Source: Camelus ferus
Taxonomy: Eukaryota
NCBI RefSeq assembly: GCF_009834535.1
Contig: NC_045717.1
Location: 17,732,001-17,796,000, forward strand
Reading direction: 5' to 3'
Length of the DNA: 64,000 bases
The position numbers and the translations under genes were made by a program. The notes beneath the pieces are model-generated. The model made no database searches. It saw nothing but the letters and a program-made list of their open reading frames with translations, and had not been told where the DNA came from. Shown here piece by piece: positions 60,908 through 64,000 of this stretch. Positions within the stretch are counted from its first letter, which is position 1, and every line of letters begins with the position of its first letter.

Positions 60908-63594
60908 CCTGAGCTTCTCAGGGACTCGAGCAGAGTCTGATGCTTAGTGAATCTGGGATTTGGGGCCCTGGTTCCTGACATCAGCAGGAAAGCAGTCCTG
61001 CCATTGTCCACTGGGGCTGACGAGGCTGCCCGACTTACCTGTCTAACTTCTTTCTTCCCCGTTCAGGTCATTTGCCTAATTCAATATCTTTAAAGTTTTT
61101 AAAAATCAGCACACATATATCTGTTTTTTCTTATTAAATAATTGAAATTCTACCAATCAGGATAAAAGCTATGTGTTGACCAGCCATGCTAGCATGATGG
61201 TGAATCTGATGGACATCGTTGCAGACCATTGTACGCATGGGGCAAGTGAACAAACACATAAAATAAGAGTACTGTTTTGGGGGTTGGTTGTGCTTTTTTG
61301 TGGGTTTGTTTTATTTTTGAGATGAAATTCATATAACATAAAATTAAGCACTTTAAGTTCAGAGGCATTTAGCACTTTCACAATTTTGCTCAATCCCCAT
61401 CTTTATCTAAGTCTAGAACATTTTAATCATCCCCCACAAAATGGGAGATCCCATCTCATTAGCAGTCCTCCCTCCAACCCCAGCTTTAGATTAGTGGCAA
61501 CCACGAATCTGCTTTTTGTTCCTACGGATTCGCCTGATCTGGACATCTCATATAAGTGGAATCATGCAAAATGTAGCCTATAGGGTCCAGCTTTTTCCAC
61601 CCAGCATAATATTTTTGAGATTCGTCTGTCATGTAGCATGCATCAGTGCTTCATTCCTTTTGATAGCTGAGTAATATTCCACTGAATGGATAGACCACCT
61701 CATGTTTACTCGTTCACTCATTGATGGGCATTTGGTTGTTTTCATCTTTTGGCTATGTGAATTGTGCTGCAATGAATATTTATGTACAAAGATTTGATTG
61801 AATTCCTTTCAATTCACCTAAGAGTGAAATTGCTGAGTCATATAGTAATTCTACCTTTAATTTTTTGATAAACCACCAAACTGTTTTCCATACTTTGTGT
61901 TTTAACACAGATCTGATTGTCCTGTAGGTACCTTTCTGCAACTTGGCTTTTTCACTCATCATTTTGGAGTGATATTCATGTTGGTTTATACAGACTAAAG
62001 GTTCTCAGCCTTGGCGGTGTTGACATTTGGGGTTGGATCGTCCTTTGAGGTGGGGGCTGTCTGAACATTGCTGGATGTCTAACAGCATCCCAGATCTCAA
62101 CCACTAGATGCCAGTAGGCTCCCCACACCAGCCATGACATCAAAGTCTCCAGACATAGCCAAATGTCCCTTCTGGGGCAAAATCACATCTAGGTTTCTAA
62201 CCACATAGAAACATCTCATTGTTATAAAATCAATTTAATATTCAAATTTATAAATATATATAGTGTACATTTAACTGTTAGACATCTCAGTTTGCATCCA
62301 ATTTTTCTCCATTATTAGGAATAATACACTACATATCCTTGTATGTTTTCTACTACAAACAGGCACTATCTGATTCAAACACAAAATGAGTAGTGAGATG
62401 AACAGGTTGTAAGAAATGTGAATCTTAACTATAACGAGAATTGTCAAATTCAACCCCCAAGTAGCTGGGCACTCTCAGCACTTGTGTATCAGGAGATCTG
62501 TTTCCCCACGCCCTCATGAGCACTTGACAGTGTGAAACTTAATTTTGCCAACATGGTTGCCGAGTGGTTTCCCACTGTCCTTTAAGTTGCATTTCCCTAA
62601 TTACTAGTGGGATTGGAAAATCTCTATTGTTCATTTGCCATATGGGTTGCCTTTTTGATATGCCCATTTAAAGCCATTGCTCATCTTTTTAAAGATTCTT
62701 TTATTCTTACTGCTTTGCAGGCATGTTATTATAGGTTCTAAATACTAATTTAGCCTACCAGTCTTTTTGCTTTGCCTTCTCTTTCTTGTGCCTTGAAGCT
62801 ACTTAGAAGCTCCCAGTTAATAGTCATCTCATCGGCATAATAAAGACACTCTTATCACTCCTGGAATAGGAGGCTCAGTTTCTGGAGCTGCGTCAGGAGC
62901 TAGGGACAAAGACTGAGCTAGCAAATATTTATATTTTATCACAGGGAAGCATATAGTAATGTCAAATTTTCTGGCTTGTATCCCACAACAACAGGGATCT
63001 GGTAGAGCTTAATCAAGAAGAGGTGAGGCTTCCCAGTTTGGGTAGAAGAATTTGAGCACTTACATTACCCAAGAGACACCGTTCTCCCAGACTCAGCTGC
63101 AAATTACCCTTATTCTAGGATGCCTTCCCACTGCCCTTGCCCAAGGGCACAGCCCTGGATTCCCACTCTGGGCTCCGCCAGCTCCTGCCTTCGCTCTGAC
63201 AGTACCTTGACCCCAAGGGGTTGAGGGCATCTGTATCCAGCCCTGTGTCCCACAAGACCGGGAGCTTCTTAGCCCTTAGCAGGGGCTGGTGTCTCTCTGG
63301 GCAGATAGAAGCAGCAGGGAGTCATTGTTGCATGTGAATAGTTAGAGGAAGAAGTAGACTGCAGATCCCAGAAGGCCCTTGAGGTCCCTCCCAGACTGTC
63401 TAGAATCTGAAAACCATACTTTCCAGTTGGTTCCTAGAGAGGCTGTTGGGATCAGCCTGTTGGAGCCTGCAGCAGGGATAAAGGACACTGTATCAGATCC
63501 AAGAAGTACTAGGTCTGACCCCACACCTGCCTGTGGCCGATGCTGACAGCAGCAAGCAGGAGAGATTCTTCTGCCCTCTGCTGCTGGCTGTTTC

Positions 63595-63637
63595 ATGGAA
63601 GAGGCACCCCAGGCAGGGGAGCACCAGGAGAGAGAGG
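63595..63637 (+). CDS. Fourth copy of the candidate OR10H4-type coding mini-exon (MEEAPQAGEHQERE plus G), pointing out of the window
   Basis: Identical to 33746-33788 in reverse. GTAGGA follows at 63638. Confidence 0.4.
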
Positions 63638-64000
63638 GTAGGAAGGCAGAGTTGTACAGCTGTGGGTGGGTAGCACTGCCCAGCCTGGCGATGGGGTCTG
63701 GGCTGGGGCAAGGGGTAGTAAGAGTGGATCTCAGCTTTGTTGGGAGGCTGCCTGGGGTCTTCTTAGTTTGTTCACTCTGGGTCCATAGTTTTCACGCTCC
63801 ACCCCTCACCCCAAAATGCCCTTTGCAGCTTCTATATCAGTGGTTCTCAGCCGAGGGCAATTCTGCACCACAGTGGACATTTCGGACATGTCTTGATCAT
63901 TTTAGGTTTCCCTGACTCATTTCGGGGAAGGGATGCTACAGGCATCTGGTAGGTTGAGACCAGAGATTCTGCCAAACATTATACCATGAAAAAGAGAGCC

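Larger units (their letters stand above)
54016..64000 (-). repeat. Composite inverted arm C: 54016-60680 matches 3420-9827, 60680-62794 matches 42957-45060, 62795-64000 matches 33390-34590
   Basis: Reverse-complement matches read segment by segment. ORFs 63342-63596, 63493-63711 and 63595-63915 mirror 33787-34044, 33672-33890 and 33432-33788. Confidence 0.9.

Overview
Mammalian genomic DNA, most likely a camelid (tRNA-derived Vic-1-type SINE with TSD, no Alu/Bov-tA/PRE-type SINEs seen). It carries an olfactory receptor cluster of seven OR reading frames embedded in L1, MER and LTR repeats. There are three OR10H1/H5-like genes (7475-8422 +, 49412-50359 +, 55422-56369 -), three tandem OR10H3/H4-like genes on the minus strand (10836-11786, 18210-19160, 26398-27348) and one family-1 OR (40593-41528 +). 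The region is built from segmental duplications: three 7-9 kb tandem units and a large imperfect inverted duplication whose right arm is a chimera and lacks the OR1 gene. The most notable observation is that all three OR10H3/H4-like genes have TTG instead of ATG at the canonical start yet keep intact 316-codon frames. Each has, 4.5-6.4 kb upstream, a conserved 43-nt ATG-to-GT segment whose phase-1 donor fits the phase-1 acceptor of the OR exon. This suggests OR coding regions split over two exons with an added acidic N-terminal peptide (inference, needs RNA evidence). Five N-gaps limit what can be read; two of them fall in TM3 of the OR10H1-like pair. Repeat family names are from recall of consensus sequences, not from a search. 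No prokaryotic-type systems, CRISPR arrays or genuine RNA genes were seen.
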